NCBI GenBank assembly: GCA_965263355.1
Contig: CBDHHL010000046.1
Location: forward strand, 1 to 64,000
Origin: Leptolyngbyaceae cyanobacterium
Lineage (GTDB): Bacteria; Cyanobacteriota; Cyanobacteriia; Phormidesmidales; Phormidesmidaceae
Length of the DNA: 64,000 nucleotides
Reading direction: 5' to 3'
Of this stretch, positions 19,773 to 29,016 are shown in pieces. Every line of letters begins with the position of its first letter. Position 1 is the first letter of the stretch. The notes under the pieces are model-generated. The model was given only the letters and a program-made list of their open reading frames with translations, did not search any database and was not told the origin of the DNA. Both the position numbers and the translations under genes were made by a program.

Positions 19773-20290
19773 ACTTCTTCTCCTTCTACGGTTTCTAAGG
19801 TAGCCAAAATGGCCGCGATAAGCGCGCTCTTGCTGGAGTATTGAGAAGGATTTGAGATATTATGATCCGTCTTGGCCATTCGATTTAGTCGAGAGCGACT
19901 AAACTTCGAAAAATAGGCTTCGTCCACAATTTGAACCTCTTCCCCTTCCTCTACTTCTTCAGCCTCTTCTTCCTCTACTTCTTCTGTGAATTCATGAGCA
20001 GGAGCTGTAGCTAATAAAGTTATGGTATCAGACAACTGACGTAACATCTCAGCCGTGTACTCCACTGCTTGACCTTCTCCAGAAGATTCAACTTTTATAA
20101 GACCACGTTCAATGCCTTCGCAAAATGCTCCTAGGTTTTCTACGATGAAATTTTCCGCGAACAGTTGAGGACGTCCTCGAAGAACACGTGTCCCATTAGG
20201 CAGCACAAACCCTGATCGATTCCCTGGGGACGTAATTCTTTCAATTCTTACAGAAGGGTCCCTACCTCGATGAGATACCTTAAATTCCAT
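19769..20290 (-). CDS. Protein with acidic linker and C-terminal helix-extension-helix (Rho-N-like) domain
   Basis: Poly-E stretch, then SRSRLNRMAK...SSKSALIAAIL. Confidence 0.55.
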   Translation of the reverse strand: MEFKVSHRGRDPSVRIERITSPGNRSGFVLPNGTRVLRGRPQLFAENFIVENLGAFCEGIERGLIKVESSGEGQAVEYTAEMLRQLSDTITLLATAPAHEFTEEVEEEEAEEVEEGEEVQIVDEAYFSKFSRSRLNRMAKTDHNISNPSQYSSKSALIAAILATLETVEGEEV

Positions 20291-20347
20291 ATCTAAAAAG
20301 ATTGTAGGCTGTAAGAGAGGGAGATGGAAGAAGAACTAAAACAGACT

Positions 20348-21472
20348 TTAATATTGCGCTACATCAGGGAAATGCAAACCGTCATCGACCTTATTGTTTT
20401 CAGCGCCTAGGTCTTCCTCAGCCGCTGGTAAAGCTGCCGCTGAACCAGTATCCAACTGGGTAGGACGTACACTTCCGCGATAAAGTTCTAATTTCCGTAC
20501 TGCGGCAATATTGATAATGCCCATACCAATGTCTTCCCAACACTGCCAGGTAATAACATTCGCAACTTTATCAATATAAAACTTCAACTTGTTCAGCATG
20601 TAAAACTTGCCGAAGAATTGCGGAGAAGTAAAACTGTAAATATTTCCAGGACGCAAAATGTCAGACTTAACTGTACGGCATACGCGCTTGCCTAGCATTT
20701 TGTTATATCGGTAACCTTCGACAACAGTCTCAGATTGAATCTTGTCGCCGTTGTCTTCTACAGTCCACTGTAGTTGGTCATCATGATCTGGTTCACAAAA
20801 TAGCAGAAGGTCACAACGAAGTCTGTTGCTACTATGTAGCTTGAACAGACTAACCAAGTCAGGGCGTTGTACAGGTCTAACTGTGAAGTCAGTTCCATCC
20901 GCAGCCAGCGCTAAAGAGCCCTTTACAACTGAAGTAGCTTGCGCATTTGCATTACCTGCACGAATATTAGTAGCATTATAGGCCACCGTCGTCGTCGTGT
21001 TTGTGGTGGTTTGTAGCGCCTGGACTGCTGCTTCAGAGTAAATAAGACCTTGTCGATCTTCAATCTCTTGAACATCATTTATCGAATTGTTTTCAATAAT
21101 TTTGGTTATAGGCGCTTCATAGGCAAGAAGCTCCTGTTCTGGTTTCTCAAATTTCTCGGAAGAGATTGTGAAGAATGGGATCTCTGCCTTTGGCGCTCTG
21201 ATCAATCTTGCGGTTGGCTCACCACGGAATGTCATGACCATTGCACGTGATTTAGGCTCAACATCAACAATCTTTACCAATGTATCGTGATTAGTAGAAC
21301 GTTGACAGTCCTTACGAGTCACTGGCTCAGGAGGAAGAATATGTCGAAAAAAAGAAGTCTCTCTAAGGCGGTCACGAATAAAGGTACCACCTACCTCAGC
21401 CATCTTCGCTTTGCCTTCTGCGCTGTCCAGCCGTTTGCTAAATAGTTCTACTGTAGCATCTACCAAGCTCAT
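20348..21472 (-). CDS. Major capsid protein (HK97 fold inferred)
   Basis: 374 aa; IRDRLRETSFFRHILPPEPV, EIPFFTISS, NDVQEIED; follows the protease, scaffold and decoration genes; GGAGG Shine-Dalgarno. Confidence 0.85.
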   Translation of the reverse strand: MSLVDATVELFSKRLDSAEGKAKMAEVGGTFIRDRLRETSFFRHILPPEPVTRKDCQRSTNHDTLVKIVDVEPKSRAMVMTFRGEPTARLIRAPKAEIPFFTISSEKFEKPEQELLAYEAPITKIIENNSINDVQEIEDRQGLIYSEAAVQALQTTTNTTTTVAYNATNIRAGNANAQATSVVKGSLALAADGTDFTVRPVQRPDLVSLFKLHSSNRLRCDLLLFCEPDHDDQLQWTVEDNGDKIQSETVVEGYRYNKMLGKRVCRTVKSDILRPGNIYSFTSPQFFGKFYMLNKLKFYIDKVANVITWQCWEDIGMGIINIAAVRKLELYRGSVRPTQLDTGSAAALPAAEEDLGAENNKVDDGLHFPDVAQY

Positions 21473-21491
21473 GTCATACCTCCAGCGCTTA

Positions 21492-21941
21492 CTAGCTAAG
21501 CGTTCTAATAAATCTCATAACTCCCTGAGCATTAGGAGCACGTGTGCAATATCCAACGATAATACCAGAACCTGTATGCTCAATTAGGCCTCGTCGTGTG
21601 AGACCACCAAAAGTCACGTCATTCACGGTTAACGGATCACCAGCTACAATTGAACCAGCTGTAATCACCTTGGTGTCTGCTTCAAAAGCACCCAAGTATA
21701 TAGTAGTGACTTTGCCAATGGCTTGAGTGTCATATCTACCTTGCTCAGTAAACACTGGGAAAGCTGGCGCGGTAGAAGGGTTCAATGTACCTCTATCTAG
21801 CTGGTAGGAAGCATTTAGCTCTAACCATTCGCCATCAACAAGAGGGTTCGCATTTGTGGGTTTAAGCTCTGCCGCTGTGCCATAATCAAAATCACGGCGC
21901 TGACTGGCCAAAAGAGCAGAGACAAGTACAAAGTTACTCAT
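21492..21941 (-). CDS. Capsid decoration/cement protein
   Basis: 149 aa directly before the capsid gene; GRYDTQAIGKVT, AGDPLTV, IVGYC. Confidence 0.65.
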   Translation of the reverse strand: MSNFVLVSALLASQRRDFDYGTAAELKPTNANPLVDGEWLELNASYQLDRGTLNPSTAPAFPVFTEQGRYDTQAIGKVTTIYLGAFEADTKVITAGSIVAGDPLTVNDVTFGGLTRRGLIEHTGSGIIVGYCTRAPNAQGVMRFIRTLS

Positions 21942-21944
21942 ATC

Positions 21945-22289
21945 TTATAATTCTCCTGTAAGAACAAAGGCCTCTAAAGCCTCCTTAGAGTTTACACCAT
22001 TAGAAGCCCTCTCCGAAGGAGAGCCTAAGACATTTACATGGCTGGCCAACTTAACTGCCTCACCCACCACACTCATGTCTTCGTGACTTAGGATGCTAGC
22101 AATTTTCTCGTCCATGGTTTGATCCGCACTCAAACCTTTTTCTTCCATCTCTTGGGCAATACTTCGAGCACGTTCTCGATGTTCGTACTCTGCTAACTTC
22201 ATCCGAAGTTCTTCATTATCCTTACCCAATGTAGCCACTGTCTCAGAGGCTACCTTAAGTAGCTGTTTAGCTCTCGCCACATCGGACAT
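21945..22289 (-). CDS. Scaffold-like coiled-coil protein, K-x-A rich
   Basis: Helical; KVAS, KLAE, KIAS, KLAS, KEAL; position before decoration and capsid genes. Confidence 0.6.
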   Translation of the reverse strand: MSDVARAKQLLKVASETVATLGKDNEELRMKLAEYEHRERARSIAQEMEEKGLSADQTMDEKIASILSHEDMSVVGEAVKLASHVNVLGSPSERASNGVNSKEALEAFVLTGEL

Positions 22290-22290
22290 A

Positions 22291-23313
22291 TCAGCCCTCC
22301 CCTGAAATTAACGCAGATATGTCCTCTGAATGCTCAGTAGCTATCTGGTTGAGAGCAGAGTTACCTGCCGCCGCTGTTTTAATTGCTCGAGTCAATTTTT
22401 GTTGGTTCTCAGAAGATTCAGAAGCCCACTTTGTAAGCCAGGTCTTCACCGAGGCCAGCTTAATGTCTGCGGAGGAAGCGTGATTTAGCTGAGACTGAAG
22501 AACAGAGTCGTTGGACTGACTCACACTCTGATCAAGATATGGAGCTACGCCTGCGTTTATCTCTTTCAACTGTCCTTTTGATGCCGCTGCTACAGATTCT
22601 GGAGAGACAAGGTGGTGACCCTTTGGATTACAAGGAGAACAGACCTCACCTAAATCATAGGGTGTCATGATTGGCTGTGTACCAGCTGTAATAATAGCGC
22701 CAGAGTCCTCTGCTGCGGACTTATTCATCGCAGCATTTAAAACACCCTTGATAGCTCCCTTAGGACCTGTCAAAGCACCCTTAACTACCGCATTTGCCAG
22801 ATTACTCTTCCTCGAGTCTTCCGCCTCTTTTATCAATTGAGAAGCGACTGGCGTTGGCACAACAGACTCTTGAGCAAGTTTAGATAGCCAGGCAATCTTA
22901 GCTTGTGCAATCTTATCAACCATTGCTTCGCTACCGCCAGGACAATCATTTTCTGTATCTGGTAGCTTGGAACCTTGAAGTGCAACGCGCATTGGAGGCT
23001 GATCAGTGGCTGACCCAGACTCTCCAGCATCCAGACTAGTACCAGATACATTAGATTCCATGACAACAGGATCTTGAGTAGCTAGCTTTTCATACAAAGC
23101 AACTAACTCAGCCACCTTCTGTCGAGAGGTTGGAGTTTCCTGACCCAAAGCCTCTGCCATGGTACCGCAAGCTGAGGCTACCTTTCTCCAATCTAGAGTT
23201 TGGTCAGACGCAACCTTTTCCTTAAGTTGTTTTGAGGACGGAGGACTCCATTGAGCGACTTTTTCCCTGCCTGCCTCAATAGCCTCCTCCAACATTTTCG
23301 TTACTACACTCAT
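22291..23313 (-). CDS. K-x-A-rich head core/scaffold-like protein
   Basis: About 15 of about 26 lysines have Ala at +2. Confidence 0.65.
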   Translation of the reverse strand: MSVVTKMLEEAIEAGREKVAQWSPPSSKQLKEKVASDQTLDWRKVASACGTMAEALGQETPTSRQKVAELVALYEKLATQDPVVMESNVSGTSLDAGESGSATDQPPMRVALQGSKLPDTENDCPGGSEAMVDKIAQAKIAWLSKLAQESVVPTPVASQLIKEAEDSRKSNLANAVVKGALTGPKGAIKGVLNAAMNKSAAEDSGAIITAGTQPIMTPYDLGEVCSPCNPKGHHLVSPESVAAASKGQLKEINAGVAPYLDQSVSQSNDSVLQSQLNHASSADIKLASVKTWLTKWASESSENQQKLTRAIKTAAAGNSALNQIATEHSEDISALISGEG

Positions 23314-23316
23314 AGT

Positions 23317-23565
23317 TCACGTCCTAATCATAGGTGGTGGCATCGACTTTGTACTTGCGGCAACACCACTTGCTGTCGCTGGAGGAGATGCATTAGTAAG
23401 AGAAAAATTCGTCCCCTTGGTCGAAGGTTTCAAAGATACCTTACCTGCCTTTGATGACACCACTGGCGAAGCCGGAGTCCTGTTATAATGAGATGCATTG
23501 GTTAAAACAGCATCAGCCTGTTTCACCAAACTGCTCAACTCTTCTACAAATGAATCCGGCAACAT
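23317..23565 (-). CDS. Small protein with F-x-x-E-L...K-Q-A leader and S/P/A/K-rich tail
   Basis: MLPDSFVEELSSLVKQAD. Confidence 0.6.
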   Translation of the reverse strand: MLPDSFVEELSSLVKQADAVLTNASHYNRTPASPVVSSKAGKVSLKPSTKGTNFSLTNASPPATASGVAASTKSMPPPMIRT

Positions 23566-23568
23566 GAC

Positions 23569-24390
23569 TTACTCCAAGCCATATTCAGCTGCGATCTCAA
23601 AAGCCCTCTGATTAATCAAATCTTCGAAAGATGCTTGTTTTTGCAGTTCTTGTTCAAGACGAGACTCAGCCAAGATATCTAAAAGAGAAGCTTCCTTCTT
23701 TTTGCCTCGCATCTTAGATACTCCATAAGCAGTACCACCAGCACCAGCACCATAAAGAGCACCTGTTTGAGCAGCGCCTCTCATAATATTCTTTCTTGCT
23801 TGAGGGAGGGTAGCATTTCGAACTGCGTCTGAAGCACCTCTCACAGCGCTACGCTGCTTCATCCCTTTTCGTAACCTCTTAGCCGTTGCTGCATCCCTAA
23901 GAGCCCCACCTGCCCGGCCAACAGCACCATATGCCTTGCCAGCACCACTACGAGCAGCACCGTATGCTTTGCTAGCAGCACCACGAGCCATTGAAGCTAC
24001 CGAAGCTTCTTTGTTCATAGCATTCAATTCATCTACGAATGCATGGGCCATGATTCTTCCAGAAGCATCTGCGTTCTCTGCAATCTTATGAAGCTCCGCA
24101 GTCTTCTCTTCATCTTCCTCGTCGTCTTCTTCTTCTTCTTCTTCTTTAGCTATTTTTTCCCATGCTGCAGCCGTTTCTATAGCCAAAACAGAATCCTCTC
24201 CAAACAATTCTGCAGCTACCTTATACAACTCAGGGATGGATAAGTTTTCCAAAGACATTTGATCGCCAGACTCTTTAAGGAGAAGGTCTTCTACAATTTG
24301 AGCCTGTGCTAGTTTTTCAACTGTAAGATCTTCCATTGTTGCTTGATCCGCGCCGTAAACCATATTCTGAAGGTAATCGTTCATAGACAT
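23569..24390 (-). CDS. K-x-A-rich head protein: acidic N-half plus a cationic GALYG module
   Basis: EKLA, KVA, EKIA, EKTA, KIA, KEAS (twice), KQAS; Gly/Ala/Arg-rich module between the two KEAS sites. Confidence 0.75.
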   Translation of the reverse strand: MSMNDYLQNMVYGADQATMEDLTVEKLAQAQIVEDLLLKESGDQMSLENLSIPELYKVAAELFGEDSVLAIETAAAWEKIAKEEEEEEDDEEDEEKTAELHKIAENADASGRIMAHAFVDELNAMNKEASVASMARGAASKAYGAARSGAGKAYGAVGRAGGALRDAATAKRLRKGMKQRSAVRGASDAVRNATLPQARKNIMRGAAQTGALYGAGAGGTAYGVSKMRGKKKEASLLDILAESRLEQELQKQASFEDLINQRAFEIAAEYGLE

Positions 24391-24467
24391 ATCAAATGCT
24401 CCACTGAGACAAATGTCTCACTACTATTTTTATTTTTTAAGCATGTCCTCAAGAGCGGGGAGCTCTC

Positions 24468-27419
24468 TCATGCTAAAGGCGAACCTTTTGTAGGTCCAAG
24501 TACTATTGCAGATGCCAGATCTCGGACAGCTTGATTGATAAGCTTGTCCTGCATAATAGCTTTTGCCAAAGTAGCACTACCCAAAGAGGCAAGGAATGGA
24601 TTTTTTGCAAGAAGTCTTCTTAAAAAGCCGACATCTTTTCCCTCTTCCATATCTCTTCTAGCACTCGAAGACAGGAGCAATACTACAGGCACTGTTGCTG
24701 CTGCTGTCCCCAAACTAGCCAACTCTGAAGCACTAGCCACCTTATGAAAGATATCAGAGTCTGTTAGGTTGAATACGGCTTGCTTCACCCATGGGTGGTC
24801 AGCCACAACCTCAGACGCGATATCCATCGATTGTTTAGCCATCTGCTCTTGATACCAAGCATAAGCACAAGCTACTTTCGCGAGAAGAGGAGAATCTTCA
24901 ATTTTTAAACTTTTTTGATCTCTTATTGGAGAAATTTTCAACTTTAAGATTCTTCGACAGAGTACCGGACGAAGGTATGACCTAGACTCTATCCAAGGTC
25001 TAAGTACTTCAGCAATGTTTGTATCGAACAAAGAACTGGAAATTTGACCACACCTTAGAGGACTTGTACCTGGCGAAAATATCAACCCGGAACGCTCCAA
25101 AGACTCCGCCAGTTGTGGATATCCGTTAGAGCGCAAGAAACAACTCTGAAATTCATCAGGCTTTAAATTGATGCCCAAGCCTAAAGCAGTAGATAAGACT
25201 TTTGAGAAGTCCTCTCGTGACAGGCTATCTTGAATAACTGATTGAAGACTGGGCTCAGAAAGATCCAAAACTTTAGAAACTAGTCCTGTAACACCACTTG
25301 GGCTAATTACCTTTTCTAAATCAGCGACCTTTACAGAAGCTTCTTTAGTAATACCAGAACCAGTGGCATGTGTTTTTTTGCCTTCAGATGCCCAAACACG
25401 TTGCCTCTTTCTAGCTTTATCAAAATTAGAAAACAGATCTTGAAGATCTGTTGAAGCAGTCTTTTCTTGTATAGGCACCTCTAATTTTAAAAACATGCCT
25501 CCATCTTGTAAGGAGCTATTCAGAAAAGGCTTAGGATACCTATTTGAAGCAGACCCTTTTGGAACATCCGGCCCACCATGTTTTTTTCTCCAAGACTGGT
25601 ACAGTTCATGAACCTTATCTGCATGCACAAACTTAGCTCCTATATCCATAGATGGCCAGACTAATCGACCGTCCTCGTCAGCAGACATAGTTGCTTTTTC
25701 CACATCTAGGGTCTTAGTGGCTTTAATAGCATCTCTTAAAATTTGAGAACCGATTCCACGTCTTCGATATGCAGGCTTCAAATATAAGCTATCATATTCA
25801 ACTCTGTGTTTTGGGTTGAGCCAATTTTTGTGCAAGGACAAATCAGCCGTACCATAAGAAAAAGGATGTTCTCCCTCTTCCATAAAAATAGGCCTACCTT
25901 CTTGATCTGTCATTTCAACCGAAGCACTGCCCATATTCCAGAGTCCCCACAAAGCAGGACCTTTAGACCTTATTGAGATGTCCGCAACACCCTTATCTTT
26001 GTAGTTACGTATGTCCACCGCGTCCTCAAGGGCACGTTTCAATTCCTTGTGTCGTTCAGAACGTGGAATATCTTTCATACCAGCGAGTTTTGACACGTGT
26101 CTTTTCTTGTGTAACTTGCTATTTTTACTAGGGGCGGATCTTAAAGGTGACCCACAAATTTCGGACATAGGGGAATCCGCAGCCAGCTTCTGAGCTGGCG
26201 TAGAACGCAACATTTTCTTAAATGCCTCTACAGACATCTCAGTCATTGACCGCAAGAATTCGGGTTTGTCGTAATGTTCTAGATAAGCCTGTTTGGCCTC
26301 ATCAATGGTATTGAAGCCAATCATAACTTTGTCTTCATCATAGGCGCCCTTATTTTGACCCCTAACAAAGTTCTGGTGAGCCACAAATACCTTGGAGCTG
26401 TCTAAATTTTCGCCCACGTAGACATCAACGGCATCCCCATCAACACCTTTAGTGCCCTCTATCTCTCCGTAGTGTACCTTCATCCGGCGAGACCAAGTCT
26501 TACCCGTCCTCCAAGTACCTCTTGGCACTTCTATGTTCAGCTTTAGTCCTTGCCAAAGAATGGTCCCGGCATAAGGTTTCTGTTCTCTGTGAGGAGGTGC
26601 TACCAAGTTTCCATAGAGTTCTTCAGCATCAATAATGGACTGAGGAGTACCGGAAGCGAGTTTTGCCATCGTCTTGGCTGTTCGATCAGCCCCTACAAAA
26701 ACAAAACTTATGTCGAAAAAGTTTGGGTAAGGATTAATTACTCCAACCTGCCGACCATCACTTAAAATCCTATTCATTCCAAGTTCAGTCACGTGGACAC
26801 AATAATCCTGTGGGGTGCGGGATTTGTGTCCACAGATGGTGCATATGTCGTAGGGTGTGCGGCAGCCCATTGAAACATCTGGTAGCTCTCCTCGATCAAG
26901 TCTAGCTAGAAATGTTTCAGCACCGTGCAACAAAGCTGAAGCCCTGTTTATCAGAACAACAAGCTCAACTCGTTTCATTCGCGGATTTAGACAAGACAGA
27001 ACAACCTTTCCAAAAGCTCTATTCGGGTCTTTATTCTTATGGTGCACAAAAGGATGGGCCTTTAAGAATGTACTGTAACCGTAAGGAGGTATTTTACGCT
27101 GAGTAAACGTGTCAATTGGATGGTTTGGAGGTCCTAATGTTTGTGCACCACAAAGGGCTCTTTCCACATCACAGTGATGGCTTAACGCAGGCCAGTAATA
27201 ATTATCTCCATTCCTATTCTGCCCCCAGTACTCAGAACCTCCCAGAGCATTCACGAGCACGGCTAAATGCTCTTGATCTGATTTGTACGTCCTAAGCCAA
27301 TCTCGAACCTCCGGGACGTAATCTCCTGCCAAACGACGTATGGAGCTGCCTTGTCTAAAAAGACGAAATATAGGATCCCCAGAAAAAGGCATCGAAAACG
27401 TGGAAAGCTTGGTTAGCAT
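24468..27419 (-). CDS. Prohead protease fused to an inorganic-pyrophosphatase-like domain, a GNAT domain and a C-terminal region
   Basis: Protease: HHKNKD, DVSMGC, CTICG, FFDISFV..GAD. PPase-like: NIEVPRG, YGEIEGTKGVDGDAVDVYVG, DEDKVMIGF. GNAT: LYLKPAYRRRGIGS. Start placed at MLTKL after the upstream stop. Confidence 0.8.
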   Translation of the reverse strand: MLTKLSTFSMPFSGDPIFRLFRQGSSIRRLAGDYVPEVRDWLRTYKSDQEHLAVLVNALGGSEYWGQNRNGDNYYWPALSHHCDVERALCGAQTLGPPNHPIDTFTQRKIPPYGYSTFLKAHPFVHHKNKDPNRAFGKVVLSCLNPRMKRVELVVLINRASALLHGAETFLARLDRGELPDVSMGCRTPYDICTICGHKSRTPQDYCVHVTELGMNRILSDGRQVGVINPYPNFFDISFVFVGADRTAKTMAKLASGTPQSIIDAEELYGNLVAPPHREQKPYAGTILWQGLKLNIEVPRGTWRTGKTWSRRMKVHYGEIEGTKGVDGDAVDVYVGENLDSSKVFVAHQNFVRGQNKGAYDEDKVMIGFNTIDEAKQAYLEHYDKPEFLRSMTEMSVEAFKKMLRSTPAQKLAADSPMSEICGSPLRSAPSKNSKLHKKRHVSKLAGMKDIPRSERHKELKRALEDAVDIRNYKDKGVADISIRSKGPALWGLWNMGSASVEMTDQEGRPIFMEEGEHPFSYGTADLSLHKNWLNPKHRVEYDSLYLKPAYRRRGIGSQILRDAIKATKTLDVEKATMSADEDGRLVWPSMDIGAKFVHADKVHELYQSWRKKHGGPDVPKGSASNRYPKPFLNSSLQDGGMFLKLEVPIQEKTASTDLQDLFSNFDKARKRQRVWASEGKKTHATGSGITKEASVKVADLEKVISPSGVTGLVSKVLDLSEPSLQSVIQDSLSREDFSKVLSTALGLGINLKPDEFQSCFLRSNGYPQLAESLERSGLIFSPGTSPLRCGQISSSLFDTNIAEVLRPWIESRSYLRPVLCRRILKLKISPIRDQKSLKIEDSPLLAKVACAYAWYQEQMAKQSMDIASEVVADHPWVKQAVFNLTDSDIFHKVASASELASLGTAAATVPVVLLLSSSARRDMEEGKDVGFLRRLLAKNPFLASLGSATLAKAIMQDKLINQAVRDLASAIVLGPTKGSPLA

Positions 27420-27426
27420 CTTACTA

Positions 27427-29016
27427 TTACTTCTTTCTTTTTTTCTTTCGCTGATATGCCGCAGCCCCACCAACTGCAACTCCCCCATAGAGGGCCCCTG
27501 ATCGCGCTGCGCCTCGCCTTATTTTTTCTCTCCCATATTGTTTCATTGGCTCCGCGAGGTCCTTAGCGTTAGTTATAATCTCTTGGACACGTGGCTTAGA
27601 ATATAGATGGCCTAGACGTTTAGCATTTAAACCCTCTCTAATATCCCTAAAGGTTGCAGCATTACGCACACCTTTTAATACTTTCTTAGTCCCAGACAAG
27701 ACTCCAGCCGTTTTGGGCGGAGCTGATAAAAAGGAGCTTTGCTTCTCTTGGGATTTCTTTTTATGTCTCTGATATGCCGCGGCGCCAGCGCCAGCAACTC
27801 CTCCATATAGAGCCCCTGATCTCAACACGCCTTGCCTTATTTTTTCATTTCCTGAGTCTTTCAAATTTTGACTCGTAGCACTCCAAGAATCAGAGCTCTT
27901 ACGAGGATGAAGTCTTTGGTGATCACTTCGAGCATACGTATTACCTCGCCTTCTAGCATTTAAACCCGTTCTAATATCTTTAAAGGTTGCAGCGTTAGCC
28001 ACACCCCTTACTGCTTTTTTAGCCCCAGACAAGACTCCAGCGGTTTTAGGTTGGGCTAAATTTTTTTGGACCAAGTCATAAACTGAGCTCTTCTTTTCTT
28101 TAGATTTTGCTCTTCTATAATATTGAAAGGCACCGCCTGCCCCTATTGAAGCTGCACCATAAAGTTTTCCAGCATCCTTGCGCCCTTCCGAGACCAAACG
28201 CTTACCGTATGCCGCCTGAACATCTCTAGCAAGCCCGCTTGTGTCTCCTAAAGTTTTTTGTAGCTTTCTGCCTTCTCTCACCTTTTTCAAGGTAGCTGTA
28301 TCTCCCAACCCCTTAGCTATATTTTTTACCGTGGATACAACGGAACTTTTCTTTTCTTTAGGTCCAGGCCTAGAATTTTTGCCTCTAGAGTCTTTGTTTT
28401 TTGAATCATCAGTTGGTCGAGGTCGTAAGGCTTCTTGTTCTTGTCTGACTCTGGGATTGCCTTTTCCAAAGGCTATATCTGCCATACCCGGCTGAATTAT
28501 CATAGATGATTGACCTGAACTTCTAGCCAGACTCTCTCTGGCTCTTACAAGCTCATTGACGGTCTGTATAGGCAATCGACGCATGTCTATGACTTGTTGG
28601 ACAAACTCTGAAGCTACCAATGGATCAGATGCATATTCTGGATTTAAATTATGCAAAGTATTAAAAGCCAACTCCACTTTGCCTGGATCTGCTTCTGCTA
28701 AACCATCATTAACAGCAAGCATATTGTTGAAAGCTATCTCTTTCCTTTGCCTTGATCCAATAGAGTTGATCAACTTTCGACCCTGATCTACTGCTGTGTT
28801 TGCCGCAGCATAACCAAGTGTTGCTAGACCTGCCGTAGCTAAAGACTCGCCAACATTTCTAAAAGCTTGTCCAGCATCGAGAGACATCTTCGTTAGCAAG
28901 TCTTCCAACTCTGTTGAGACCCCAGCATCCTCACTAGCCTGCTTCAAAAGTGAATCAGCATTTCTTCGAGCTTCGATAATCTCTTCTTGTGAGAAACCCA
29001 TTTGTTCTAATAACAT
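27427..29016 (-). CDS. Head-module protein with three tandem cationic Gly-rich C-terminal modules
   Basis: Repeated KTAGVLSG...NAATF.DIR.GLNA...EKIR.G..RSGALYGGVA...AAAYQR. Confidence 0.8.
   Translation of the reverse strand: MLLEQMGFSQEEIIEARRNADSLLKQASEDAGVSTELEDLLTKMSLDAGQAFRNVGESLATAGLATLGYAAANTAVDQGRKLINSIGSRQRKEIAFNNMLAVNDGLAEADPGKVELAFNTLHNLNPEYASDPLVASEFVQQVIDMRRLPIQTVNELVRARESLARSSGQSSMIIQPGMADIAFGKGNPRVRQEQEALRPRPTDDSKNKDSRGKNSRPGPKEKKSSVVSTVKNIAKGLGDTATLKKVREGRKLQKTLGDTSGLARDVQAAYGKRLVSEGRKDAGKLYGAASIGAGGAFQYYRRAKSKEKKSSVYDLVQKNLAQPKTAGVLSGAKKAVRGVANAATFKDIRTGLNARRRGNTYARSDHQRLHPRKSSDSWSATSQNLKDSGNEKIRQGVLRSGALYGGVAGAGAAAYQRHKKKSQEKQSSFLSAPPKTAGVLSGTKKVLKGVRNAATFRDIREGLNAKRLGHLYSKPRVQEIITNAKDLAEPMKQYGREKIRRGAARSGALYGGVAVGGAAAYQRKKKRKK
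27430..28050 (-). repeat. Intragenic imperfect tandem duplication with 333-bp period
   Basis: CCCAGACAAGACTCCAGC-GTTTT-GG recurs at about 27691 and 28024, along with other shared blocks such as CGCCTTATTTTTTC/TGCCTTATTTTTTC. Confidence 0.9.
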
